Of a stretch of DNA of 42,930 nt, positions 1 to 7,634 are shown piece by piece. Every line of letters starts with the position of its first letter. Position 1 is the stretch's first letter. Position numbers and translations under genes: made by a program. Source of the DNA: a virus; UHGV virus genome UHGV-1283594, one strand, 5' to 3'. Below the pieces are notes generated by a model, which was given only the letters and a program-made list of their open reading frames with translations, did not search any database and was not told the DNA's origin.

Positions 1-28
1 TAAATCAGTAGAATAAAAATCATGCATA

Positions 29-37
29 TGTTATAAT
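29..37 (+). promoter_or_regulatory. Extended -10 promoter element (TGtTATAAT) upstream of the small ORF at 85-171
   Basis: TGnTATAAT motif at 29-37. An AAGGAAAGGGGG Shine-Dalgarno follows at 65-78, then an ATG at 85. Confidence 0.3.
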
Positions 38-84
38 GTCTAGGTTACCGCCCCTATACCCGGTAAGGAAAGGGGGTGTCTGAC

Positions 85-171
85 ATGGAAAATCTTATTT
101 CTTTTATTGTCGCTGTTGCGGCTGGTGTAGTTTGCCACTACATCATCAAATGGTTGGACGGCGGCAAATAG
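85..171 (+). CDS. 28-aa hydrophobic peptide (MENLISFIVAVAAGVVCHYIIKWLDGGK). Single TM helix with a basic C-terminus, resembling a type I toxin or small membrane peptide.
   Basis: Good RBS 7 nt upstream of the ATG. One predicted TM segment. Followed by a strong rho-independent terminator. Confidence 0.3.
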   Translation: MENLISFIVAVAAGVVCHYIIKWLDGGK

Positions 172-215
172 TCGGTAACCAGCCTGCAGATGCCTAACTG
201 CTTAAAAAGGAAGAA

Positions 216-256
216 AGCCCCTGAGTCTCGACCACTCAGGGGCTTTCGCTTTTGTG
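216..256 (+). terminator. Rho-independent terminator
   Basis: Perfect inverted repeat AGCCCCTGAGT ... ACTCAGGGGCT with a 7-nt loop, followed by TTTCGCTTTTG. Confidence 0.6.
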
Positions 257-349
257 TCCAACATGGAAACTTATTTCTTTTTGCCTAACGGCATTATAGC
301 ATATGCAGAAAATCTTTTCAAGATACCATTTGTAAGAGAAAAAATCCCT

Positions 350-376
350 TGACTTTTGCCCGACATAATATATAAT
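350..376 (+). promoter_or_regulatory. Sigma-A-type promoter (TTGACT, 15-16 nt spacer, TATAAT) for the RHH/antirepressor pair
   Basis: TTGACT at 350-355 and TATAAT at 371-376. Placed about 30 nt upstream of the RBS of the 409-573 ORF. Confidence 0.4.
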
Positions 377-408
377 AAATTTATGCCCGACAAAAGTGAG
401 GTAAGAAT

Positions 409-573
409 ATGAGTCCAAGGACAGGCAGACCAACGGATAATCCCAGACCGAATAAATTGAGTATTCGCATAAGTAATGAGGATAAAGAAATATTGGAAAA
501 ATATTGTGAAGAAGAAGGTGTGAACAGAACAGAGGCAATAAGTCGAGGGATTAAGAAGTTAGTAGAAAAATAA
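409..573 (+). CDS. Ribbon-helix-helix (CopG/Arc/MetJ-like) small DNA-binding protein, 54 aa. Likely regulator of the downstream antirepressor-like gene.
   Basis: MSPRTGRPTDNPRPNKLSIRISNEDKEILEKYCEEEGVNRTEAISRGIKKLVEK. The GRP...KLSIRIS(beta)-helix-helix pattern is typical of RHH proteins. Strong SD (AAGTGAGGTAA). Not in the supplied ORF track because it is under 60 aa. Confidence 0.55.
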   Translation: MSPRTGRPTDNPRPNKLSIRISNEDKEILEKYCEEEGVNRTEAISRGIKKLVEK

Positions 574-574
574 A

Positions 575-614
575 ACAGTCGTAGCACCGACCAAAGCACA
601 CACGACTGTTTTGG
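575..614 (+). terminator. Rho-independent terminator
   Basis: AACAGTCGT ... ACGACTGTT stem (9 bp) followed by TTGGG. Confidence 0.45.
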
Positions 615-692
615 GTAGAAGTTTCCTTCTGTAAATATTATAATGCAGCAGGAAACTTCTTTCAAGAACTAAAATTTGAAAGGAGTTTTATC

Positions 693-1250
693 ATGCAGTT
701 ACCGCAGACAGTAGAAGTAAAAGAAATTAGAGTTTTAACCAGTAAACAAATTGCTGAAGAATATGGAACTACTCCAGGTGTGATAAAAAAGAATTTCTCT
801 AATAATAGAGAACGCTTTGTTGAAGGAAAACATTACATATCACTTACAGGTGATGAGTTGAGAGCTTTCAAGAACCAGGTGAATAATGTTCACCTGGTCG
901 CAAATAGGACATCTCACCTATACCTCTGGACTGAAAAAGGAGCTCTTCTTCATGCTAAGTCCTTAAACACGGACAAAGCATGGGAAGTATATGATTACCT
1001 GGTTGATTTTTATTTTCGGGCCAAGGAAAAACGACCAGAGAAAAAGGAAATAGTACCGGTTCCAGCAAAAACGGTAGAACAGGTTAAGGAAGGGTATGAT
1101 ATAGCACCTTTGTTTCGAGAGGTTTTGGAAATGCTCCCTTTAGAGGCTTTAGATGAAATGGAAAAAGCATTTCGAATAGGCCATAGTAAAGCAATAAAAA
1201 AAGCAGCAACCAGTGTGTTAGCCGAAAAAATGAAAAGACAATTAATGTAA
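693..1250 (+). CDS. ORF6N-domain protein (phage antirepressor-associated N-terminal domain) with a basic C-terminal region
   Basis: The N-terminal approximately 110 aa (EIRVLTSKQIAEEYGTTPGVIKKNFSNNRERFVEGKHYISLTGDELRAFK ... KGALLHAKSLNTDKAWEVYDYLVDFYF) match the ORF6N fold pattern as I recall it. RBS AAAGGAG. Confidence 0.55.
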   Translation: MQLPQTVEVKEIRVLTSKQIAEEYGTTPGVIKKNFSNNRERFVEGKHYISLTGDELRAFKNQVNNVHLVANRTSHLYLWTEKGALLHAKSLNTDKAWEVYDYLVDFYFRAKEKRPEKKEIVPVPAKTVEQVKEGYDIAPLFREVLEMLPLEALDEMEKAFRIGHSKAIKKAATSVLAEKMKRQLM

Positions 1251-1290
1251 GTTTTTGGGGCGTCCTTCATATAGAGGGGCGCTCTTTTAA

Positions 1291-1304
1291 TTGTGACGTC
1301 GCAA
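1291..1304. repeat. Copy A of the 14-bp palindrome TTG(T/C)GACGTCGCAA (13/14 match), immediately upstream of the endolysin RBS
   Basis: TTGTGACGTCGCAA. The other copies are at 27883-27896 and 42917-42930. Flanks are also similar (TAATTGYGACGTCGCAAWWGRAAGRA). Confidence 0.7.
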
Positions 1305-1319
1305 TAGAAAGGAAATGCT

Positions 1320-2087
1320 ATGAAAATATCAGATAATGGATTAAATCTCATAAAAAAATTTGAAGGCTGTCGACTAACGGCTTATCAGGATACCGTAGGT
1401 GTCTGGACCATCGGATACGGCACCACAAACGCAGACAAAGCAATCACCGGAACAACAATCTGCCAAGGTCTGCGGATCAGCCAGGAAACGGCAGATGAAT
1501 GGTTGCGCCAGTCTGTTGATAAAAAGTATGGTCCAAAAGTGGACAAGTATAGTGCTTACAACTGGACGCAGCCAGAGTTTGATGCCTTGGTATCTTTTGC
1601 GTATAACATCGGAAGTATTGACGGATTGACGGCTAAAGGTACTCGTACCCGTTCTGAGATAGCAGCCAAAATCCTGGAGTATAATAAAGCTGGCGGAAAG
1701 GTATTATCTGGCCTCATCCGCAGACGTCAGGAAGAGAGGAAGCTCTTTTTAACTCCCGTTACAGTAAAAACAGGTTGGCAGCAGGAAAATGGAGGCCGGC
1801 GCTTCTATTTAAAAGACGGCTCAGGAAAATATGTTTCTAATGACTGGCACAAGGATGGAGAACTCTGGTATTGGTTCAACGGTGCCGGCATGATGGTCCA
1901 TGACACCTGGTACCAGTACAAAGGGTCTTGGTATTACCTTGGATCTGATGGTGCTATGCTTAAAGGCCTGCAGACGATTAACGGCAAGTGGTACTACCTG
2001 GATCAAGACGGCCGCATGGCAACGGATCCGGTAACATTGACACCGGATCAGGACGGCGCCTTACAGTATCCAGGCCTTGTAAAATAG
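1320..2087 (+). CDS. Endolysin: GH24 (T4/lambda-R-like) lysozyme domain plus C-terminal cell-wall-binding repeats (CW_binding_1/choline-binding-like)
   Basis: N-terminus LIKKFEGCRLTAYQDTVGVWTIGYGTT is the classic phage lysozyme catalytic E-x8-D/C-x5-T motif region. C-terminus carries tandem GWQQENGGRRFYLKDGSGKY / GSWYYLGSDGAMLKG / GKWYYLDQDGRMA repeats. Confidence 0.85.
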   Translation: MKISDNGLNLIKKFEGCRLTAYQDTVGVWTIGYGTTNADKAITGTTICQGLRISQETADEWLRQSVDKKYGPKVDKYSAYNWTQPEFDALVSFAYNIGSIDGLTAKGTRTRSEIAAKILEYNKAGGKVLSGLIRRRQEERKLFLTPVTVKTGWQQENGGRRFYLKDGSGKYVSNDWHKDGELWYWFNGAGMMVHDTWYQYKGSWYYLGSDGAMLKGLQTINGKWYYLDQDGRMATDPVTLTPDQDGALQYPGLVK

Positions 2088-2235
2088 AAAATCACACATC
2101 TGATCATCGGTTATATCTTGCCAAATTTCAACACCTGATTTATGATGAAAATATAGAAAAATTCTGCCAAAATCTAAGGAAAAATCCCCTATACGCACTT
2201 ACAATCTGGTCATCCAAATTGCTAGTACGTATAGA

Positions 2236-2272
2236 TGCCAGCAAACCCGCATAAATCAAGGGTTTGCTGGCA
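2236..2272. terminator. Bidirectional hairpin between the convergent endolysin and integrase genes
   Basis: Perfect 13-bp inverted repeat TGCCAGCAAACCC / GGGTTTGCTGGCA with an 11-nt loop. It overlaps the last codons of the integrase. Confidence 0.5.
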
Positions 2273-3782
2273 TTTCTGGATTTTCAGCTAAATAAAAATC
2301 TACGTCAATGTGACTGTTAGCCCGGTCGTAGGTGATCTTCTCTACAATGCTTTTTAGGGCTGCATTTTTCTCCTGGGGAGTGAAAGCGTCAGACTGCAGG
2401 ATGTCCAAGATAGAGGAGATGCTCTGCAGCATTTTCCGGGTATTATCTTCCGGGTTTTCTGGCTTTCTGGTAAGTTTCTCCAGCTGTTCTTCCAGTTCTG
2501 TTCGTTCCTGGTTGATACGTTCTTTGTTAGCCCGGTATTCTTCTATAGTGTCAATTCCATCTATGTAAGCTTCTTTTGCACGAAGTTCCTTTGAGTCCAG
2601 TCGGGACAATTTTTTTTCAATATTTTTAATTTCAGCATCCGGTGCATGGTCTGTCTGACGCTGGCGCAGGGAGTAAGAAACGGATCCGTTGTTAAGGGCA
2701 TCCTTAAGAGCGTTTAAAACAGCAGGGCCGATCACACTTTCATTGACATAGCAGTTAGTGGAACATTTGCCTTTTAAGTATCCGTAGCACTGGAAATAGA
2801 AAGTATCCGGTAGTGACTTTCTGTGGACTACACAGGAAGAAAGGGAACGGCCACAGCCGGAGCATTTTAAAAGTCCTGAAAGCCAGTGTTTAGTTACTTC
2901 TGAAGGCTTGGCATTTCTGGGTGTGTATTCCTTGTTAAAGCGCTCCTGGGCCTGCTCGAAGAGTTCCTTGCTGATAATAGCCGGGTGGTGACCGGGACGG
3001 ATGATCCACTCAGAACGGTCACGTATTTCATTGGTTTCGTTTATGGTTCGGTTCCAGCGGATATCTCCTGCATAGCCGGGATTTTGGATAATGTATTCCA
3101 GGGAACGCTTTTCAAAGGGCTTTCCACGGCTGGTTTTGTATCCCTGGGCATTCAGGTATTTGGTTAGAGCAAATAAGGACATCTTTTCATTTACATATTT
3201 ATCGAAAATCAGCTGAACGATAGCGGCTTCTTCTGGAATAATCTCAGGAGTGGCTTTGTGGTGTGGGATGCGGTATCCCAGAGGCGGTCTGCACTGGTAG
3301 GCGCCACGCAGGGCATTCTCTGTCATTCCCCTGGTAACATCACCGGAAAGCCGGATAGAGTAAAATTCGTCCATCCATTCAATGATGCGCTCGATCAGGC
3401 CACCGAAAGGGCCTTCGATCAGCGGCTCGGAGATACTGACTACATCCACATGGCATTTATTCCGCAGCATGGACTTGTAAACAATGCTTTCTTCCTGGTT
3501 GCGGGCGAACCTGGAAAACTTCCATAGCAGGATCACATCAAAGGGATGCTCATCAGACTTGGCGGCAGCGATCATCTGCTGGAACTTTGGCCGCTTATCT
3601 GCTTTCCGGCCGGAAATACCATTTTCTGTATAGATGTGTTGGTTGGACACAATCATATTGTGGCTTTTGGCATAGTCTAAGAGCAGACGTCTCTGGGAGT
3701 CCGGGGACAGTTCTTCCTGTTTATCGGTGCTGACGCGGATGTAGAGTGCAGCTGTTTTTACAGTGTCTTCTTCTTTTTTCAT
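2256..3782 (-). CDS. Large serine recombinase (phage integrase, resolvase/invertase-type N-terminal catalytic domain + recombinase domain + zinc ribbon/coiled coil)
   Basis: The true start is MKKEEDTVKTAALYIRVSTDKQ (catalytic Ser in RVST). The track ORF carries a 57-aa upstream extension with no RBS. Recombinase domain with YQCRPPLGY. Cys cluster CSGCGRSLSSC...C...C, then a coiled-coil C-terminus. Confidence 0.9.
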   Translation of the reverse strand: MKKEEDTVKTAALYIRVSTDKQEELSPDSQRRLLLDYAKSHNMIVSNQHIYTENGISGRKADKRPKFQQMIAAAKSDEHPFDVILLWKFSRFARNQEESIVYKSMLRNKCHVDVVSISEPLIEGPFGGLIERIIEWMDEFYSIRLSGDVTRGMTENALRGAYQCRPPLGYRIPHHKATPEIIPEEAAIVQLIFDKYVNEKMSLFALTKYLNAQGYKTSRGKPFEKRSLEYIIQNPGYAGDIRWNRTINETNEIRDRSEWIIRPGHHPAIISKELFEQAQERFNKEYTPRNAKPSEVTKHWLSGLLKCSGCGRSLSSCVVHRKSLPDTFYFQCYGYLKGKCSTNCYVNESVIGPAVLNALKDALNNGSVSYSLRQRQTDHAPDAEIKNIEKKLSRLDSKELRAKEAYIDGIDTIEEYRANKERINQERTELEEQLEKLTRKPENPEDNTRKMLQSISSILDILQSDAFTPQEKNAALKSIVEKITYDRANSHIDVDFYLAENPEMPANP

Positions 3783-3967
3783 GTTATCATCTCCTGGTAT
3801 TTGCTTTATTTTATGAAAAATGGGTACAAAAAAGACGCCCCTTGCGCAGACGTCCTGGAGATGATATAATTCAGGTGCATAAGTTGGATTATATCTGGCC
3901 AGAAGACTGGCAGGAGAAAATCTATGTAAGAGGCCGTTCAGTGCTGGTAACACTGAGCGGTCTTTTA

Positions 3968-4969
3968 CTATTTATGTTCTTCTGGAAGAACTGGTAATAT
4001 ATCCAATTCTTCAGAATGTGACTCTAAGGCTTTTCTGTGATAATCAAAGATTTCATATTGTTCTTTAGCAAAACGATCAGCATCTTCTCTGGAAATGTGT
4101 CCATTGTTATCTAACACTTTACGTCCAGTAAACTGTAAGAAAGCGTTTAAGCGATTTTCCCAGTCACTCATATACATAGGAATGCGCTGTTTTGCTTGAT
4201 CCTCGGCATAATCTAAATACATTGTGACAATACGGTTTAAATTTTCAATCTCATCTTTGTGAAGATAATTTTTTGCAATTGTAACATCGGATTTTCTGAC
4301 TTTTGCTCCTTTGAAAGAAGTTAATCCCATATTATCCTTAGTAGCATCTGCGCGTTCATGAATTAATTCAGGCGCAGTATGGCCGTGAACGGAGTAATGT
4401 AGCTTATTTTGAACAGTTTTGAAAAATCTATCTGCCTGCTCACTTTTGGGATCATAATCTACTGATGTAGCAAAAATATCACGAACTTTCATGTACACAC
4501 GTTTTTCAGATGCTCTAATGTCACGAATACGCTCAAGTAATTCATCAAAATAATCCTGGCCAAATTTTTTTGGATTTTTAAGGCGCTCATCATTAAGCGC
4601 AAATCCCTTTCGCATATATTCTGAGAGTATAGAGGATGCCCAGTTCCGGAAATGAATGCCAATATTGCTCCGCACTCTATAACCAACAGCAAGTACCATA
4701 TCAAGATTGTAATAATCCATTTCACGAGATACTTGTCGGCTACCCTCTGTTTGAACTGTTCGGAATTTCCGAACAGTTGAATTTTCATCAAGTTCTCGGT
4801 CAAGGTAGATATTTTTAATATGCTCACTGACTGATGATTTTGAAATTTGATAGAGTTCACTTATAGAGCGCTGGGTCATCCAGATAGTGTCATCATTAAA
4901 GTAAGCATCAACTTTTGTATCACCTTTTTCATTTTGATATATTAAAATATTTCCAATATTTGTATCCAT
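3968..4969 (-). CDS. RhuM-family (virulence protein RhuM / Fic-DOC-associated N-domain) protein, 333 aa
   Basis: N-terminus ILIYQNEKGDTKVDAYFNDDTIWMTQRSISELYQISKSSVSEHIKNIY...YYNLDMVLAVGYRVRSNIGIHFRNWASSILSEYMRKGFALNDERLK matches the RhuM pattern I recall (IVIYQTEDG..V..E.TVWLTQ..M..LF......I.KHI.NIF...YNLDVIISVGYRVKS..G.QFR.WAT..L.EY..KGF..DDERLK). Confidence 0.7.
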   Translation of the reverse strand: MDTNIGNILIYQNEKGDTKVDAYFNDDTIWMTQRSISELYQISKSSVSEHIKNIYLDRELDENSTVRKFRTVQTEGSRQVSREMDYYNLDMVLAVGYRVRSNIGIHFRNWASSILSEYMRKGFALNDERLKNPKKFGQDYFDELLERIRDIRASEKRVYMKVRDIFATSVDYDPKSEQADRFFKTVQNKLHYSVHGHTAPELIHERADATKDNMGLTSFKGAKVRKSDVTIAKNYLHKDEIENLNRIVTMYLDYAEDQAKQRIPMYMSDWENRLNAFLQFTGRKVLDNNGHISREDADRFAKEQYEIFDYHRKALESHSEELDILPVLPEEHK

Positions 4970-5065
4970 AGGCTCCTTTCTTAACCGTATGAAAATCTAG
5001 ATGGTTAGTTCTGAAGTGTTTCCAAACCGGAAATAGTTCAGCGTATAAATGTAAGAGAAAATCTA

Positions 5066-5938
5066 TTAACCAATTAGTGGTTCAATAGTTGTAGATGAAG
5101 GTTCCATGGGTGGGATTTTTATATTAGATATGAGTAACTCTTCGGCGTTTCTTGAGGTATGTACGGAGTAGTCCATATGTATGGTTAATGGAGACAATTG
5201 TTTGTACATTTTCCGAATTTCTTCAGCATTATCATAACTAATCAGCCATGGGTAGGTTTTGGATAGGATAAATTTAGATAAAAGCATATGTTGCTCATGT
5301 GTATAATAGCATCTATACAAATTAGCTCCTTCTTTATAGTATGGAGGGTCTATGTATACAAAAGTTTTTCTGTTCCGTTTATATCGTAGTGCTTGCTTCA
5401 TAAAGTCAATAGCGTCTAAATTGTAAAGAGTTATTTTATTTCCATATAGCGAAAGCTGTTGAATGGAATTAATAATCTTATCTTTATTAAATCGACAATT
5501 AATAGGGTATTGAGATTGCTGATTTAGCCCACCGAGTGGATTGGCCTTTAGTATGCCAGAGAAGTTAGTTCTATTTAAAAATAAACCAGCAAAACCTATT
5601 TGAACAGATGTTTTGTCTTGAAGATAATCATTATTTCTATAAAGAGAAAACTCATGCCAATTTTCTAATGTAATATCAGTGTTTCTAATAAGCGTAATCA
5701 GTTCTTCAGTGTGATTAAACACAGAGAACCAAAAGTTATAAAGCAAGGGATCAAGTTCATTAAGAACAGCCTTGCTGATAACTTGGTTTTCCAAAAGTAG
5801 CAATGATATGGCAGCACTGCCAGCGAATGGTTCGTAAAAAGTGCATCCGGTTCGCTGCTCTGCAATAAGTAATTTGCATATATAATCATATAACTTAGAT
5901 TTAGCACCAGGATAGCGTAAGGGATTTTTTATCGACAT
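5066..5938 (-). CDS. Dam-family (D12 class) DNA N6-adenine methyltransferase, 290 aa
   Basis: LRYPGAKSKL (Dam KWAGGKYPL), FYEPFAGSAAISL (AdoMet motif I, Dam VEPFVGAGSVFL), LFLNRTNFSGI (Dam LFLYLNRYGYNG), FVYIDPPYY (catalytic DPPY motif IV). Strong RBS AAAGGAGGTGAG. The gene is very AT-rich. Confidence 0.85.
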   Translation of the reverse strand: MSIKNPLRYPGAKSKLYDYICKLLIAEQRTGCTFYEPFAGSAAISLLLLENQVISKAVLNELDPLLYNFWFSVFNHTEELITLIRNTDITLENWHEFSLYRNNDYLQDKTSVQIGFAGLFLNRTNFSGILKANPLGGLNQQSQYPINCRFNKDKIINSIQQLSLYGNKITLYNLDAIDFMKQALRYKRNRKTFVYIDPPYYKEGANLYRCYYTHEQHMLLSKFILSKTYPWLISYDNAEEIRKMYKQLSPLTIHMDYSVHTSRNAEELLISNIKIPPMEPSSTTIEPLIG

Positions 5939-5991
5939 TTAATCTCACCTCCTTTAGTCAGCTTATCATATTTATAGATATTTGGCCAGAA

Positions 5992-7605
5992 CTAATTGAT
6001 TTTAGGTATTTTGGTTCTGGAAGCTAAAATATTAAATCGATTAACAAATGTTTTTTTGAATGTATCAAGATCTGTTTGGTTATCTTCACACCAATATCGC
6101 ATAATATTTAGATCATCAAACATAGCTTGATTATCTATGAACCAGTGCTTGTATTTCTCACGATTTTTTTCATATGAAGCATATTTGGGTGAAGTCAGAG
6201 GATTCATTTCTTTAAACATTCTAATGGATATACCTTTGTCGAAATTTTCCTGTAAGATTTCGTGAGTTGGAGGGAGATTGATTAAATAATTGTATAGTAA
6301 TGCTTCTGGTCCTTCGTTACCAGGTAAGAAAATAACATTACAATGTTTAGCAGGTAATTCGGCGTATTTGGTTTTTGCTAAATCTTTATCTCCGTCTAAT
6401 ATAAATAGAACATTTTTAAAGTAATCAGGGTCATTATATAAAAGATTCATAAGAGATTCTCCACCTAATTTAATGTCTAAAAGGCGAAAATGATCCTTAT
6501 AGTCAGCGAGCATATGTCTTATGAAATATCGTGCTTCAGCGTCTTCTGAATAAATATTTATCTTTCGATTATTACTGGTCAAATAATAGGTACTAATCAT
6601 CATATCATTCTCCATTGCTTCAAAAGGCGGGTTGTGATGAATTTCAAGCTTACCATTGGCTGTTGTAAAATATTCAATATTGATATCGGAATTTCTTATT
6701 TGCAGGCTGCTTAAATATTCCAAAATTTGCAGTGAGTGTGTAGTAAATACGGCTTGAAAATTGAATTGTTTACATACTTTATAAATTAAGTCAATAAGAC
6801 GAATTTGGGCTGCTGGGTGTAATGTTGCATCTAATTCATCAATAAGTAAAATACCACCGGGCCAAGGTTCTCCTATATTATCATATTCTGTTTTAAGTTT
6901 AATAAATGATAATAATAAATACATAATTTGCATTAAATTGTCTTGTCCGGAAGAATTACTTAAAAAGTCATAATGGGAAGTATTTACTCCACCAGAACGC
7001 TTTTTGAAAATTTCATAGTTTGATATACTAGAAATAGAATCGTCTATGGAAAGAATATACTTGTAGTTTTTGATTAGCCATTGGATATCATCATTTGTTA
7101 ATTTCTTCTTAAATTTTCGTTCCTCAATAACTTCTGAAGTATCTTCACCAAGTGGATACAAGCGACTTAATCCTAAATAAAAAGAAGGAACAGATAACTT
7201 TTTAGCAGTTACTTTTTCACTTATGGAGTGATCAACCCATTTTGGAAGAATTCTAAAACGGTTACTATCAACAGAATCCTTATCCCATTTTTGCCAAGTG
7301 ACACGTAAAGTAATAGGAATCTCGTTATCATTATCTTGTGGGAGGTAAAAAAGAGTACCGATATCTCCACTTCGTTTGTCAAAAGCTTTTGAACCCTTGA
7401 ATAGTTCAGAAAATTCAGTTTTAAATTGTTTATCAGTAATAGTTGTTCCGAATTTACTCTTAAGTTCACAGGTATTTCCAAGAATTCCTAAAATTGTAGA
7501 CTTTCCAGTGGCATTATGTCCAGCTATAGCGGTAATAGTATTCCCTATATGAATAGTTTGATCCTTAAAAATTCTAAAATCTTCTAAATATAGACGAGTA
7601 AACAT
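5992..7605 (-). CDS. ABC-type ATPase fused to a C-terminal Toprim-like (DUF4435/OLD-family-like) domain: putative ATP-dependent nuclease, 537 aa
   Basis: Walker A GHNATGKST. ABC signature-like SSGQDNL. Walker B ILLIDELDATLH. H-loop FTTHS. C-terminal NIYSEDAEARYF (conserved Glu of Toprim), FILDGDKD (DxD) and IFLPGNEGPE. Architecture matches OLD/GajA-type proteins. RBS AAGGAG. AT-rich. Confidence 0.6.
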   Translation of the reverse strand: MFTRLYLEDFRIFKDQTIHIGNTITAIAGHNATGKSTILGILGNTCELKSKFGTTITDKQFKTEFSELFKGSKAFDKRSGDIGTLFYLPQDNDNEIPITLRVTWQKWDKDSVDSNRFRILPKWVDHSISEKVTAKKLSVPSFYLGLSRLYPLGEDTSEVIEERKFKKKLTNDDIQWLIKNYKYILSIDDSISSISNYEIFKKRSGGVNTSHYDFLSNSSGQDNLMQIMYLLLSFIKLKTEYDNIGEPWPGGILLIDELDATLHPAAQIRLIDLIYKVCKQFNFQAVFTTHSLQILEYLSSLQIRNSDINIEYFTTANGKLEIHHNPPFEAMENDMMISTYYLTSNNRKINIYSEDAEARYFIRHMLADYKDHFRLLDIKLGGESLMNLLYNDPDYFKNVLFILDGDKDLAKTKYAELPAKHCNVIFLPGNEGPEALLYNYLINLPPTHEILQENFDKGISIRMFKEMNPLTSPKYASYEKNREKYKHWFIDNQAMFDDLNIMRYWCEDNQTDLDTFKKTFVNRFNILASRTKIPKIN

Positions 7606-7634
7606 AACAAACTCCTTATCTGTAGTATTTTTGC

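Noticed and set aside
236-665. Minus-strand ORFs 236-538 and 381-665 (100 and 94 aa)
   Set aside because: They overlap the plus-strand RHH gene and its promoter and terminator. They have no RBS and low-complexity hydrophobic translations, typical of antisense artefacts in AT-rich DNA.
1010-1351. Minus-strand ORF antisense to the ORF6N gene and the endolysin start
   Set aside because: Entirely antisense to well-supported genes, with no RBS.
2088-2235. Explicit attP core call between the lysin and int genes
   Set aside because: Only weak direct repeats (TGCCAAAT x2) are visible. No convincing dyad around a central dinucleotide could be identified without the host attB, so no feature was called.
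3783-3953. 57-codon N-terminal extension of the integrase ORF in the track
   Set aside because: The conserved serine-recombinase N-terminus (MKKEEDTVKTAALYIRVSTDKQ) starts at 3782. The upstream extension has no RBS and covers the int promoter region.
4489-4860. 123-aa minus-strand ORF inside the RhuM gene (other frame), and the plus-strand ORF at 4636-4818
   Set aside because: Embedded in a gene with strong family similarity. The translations are low-complexity.
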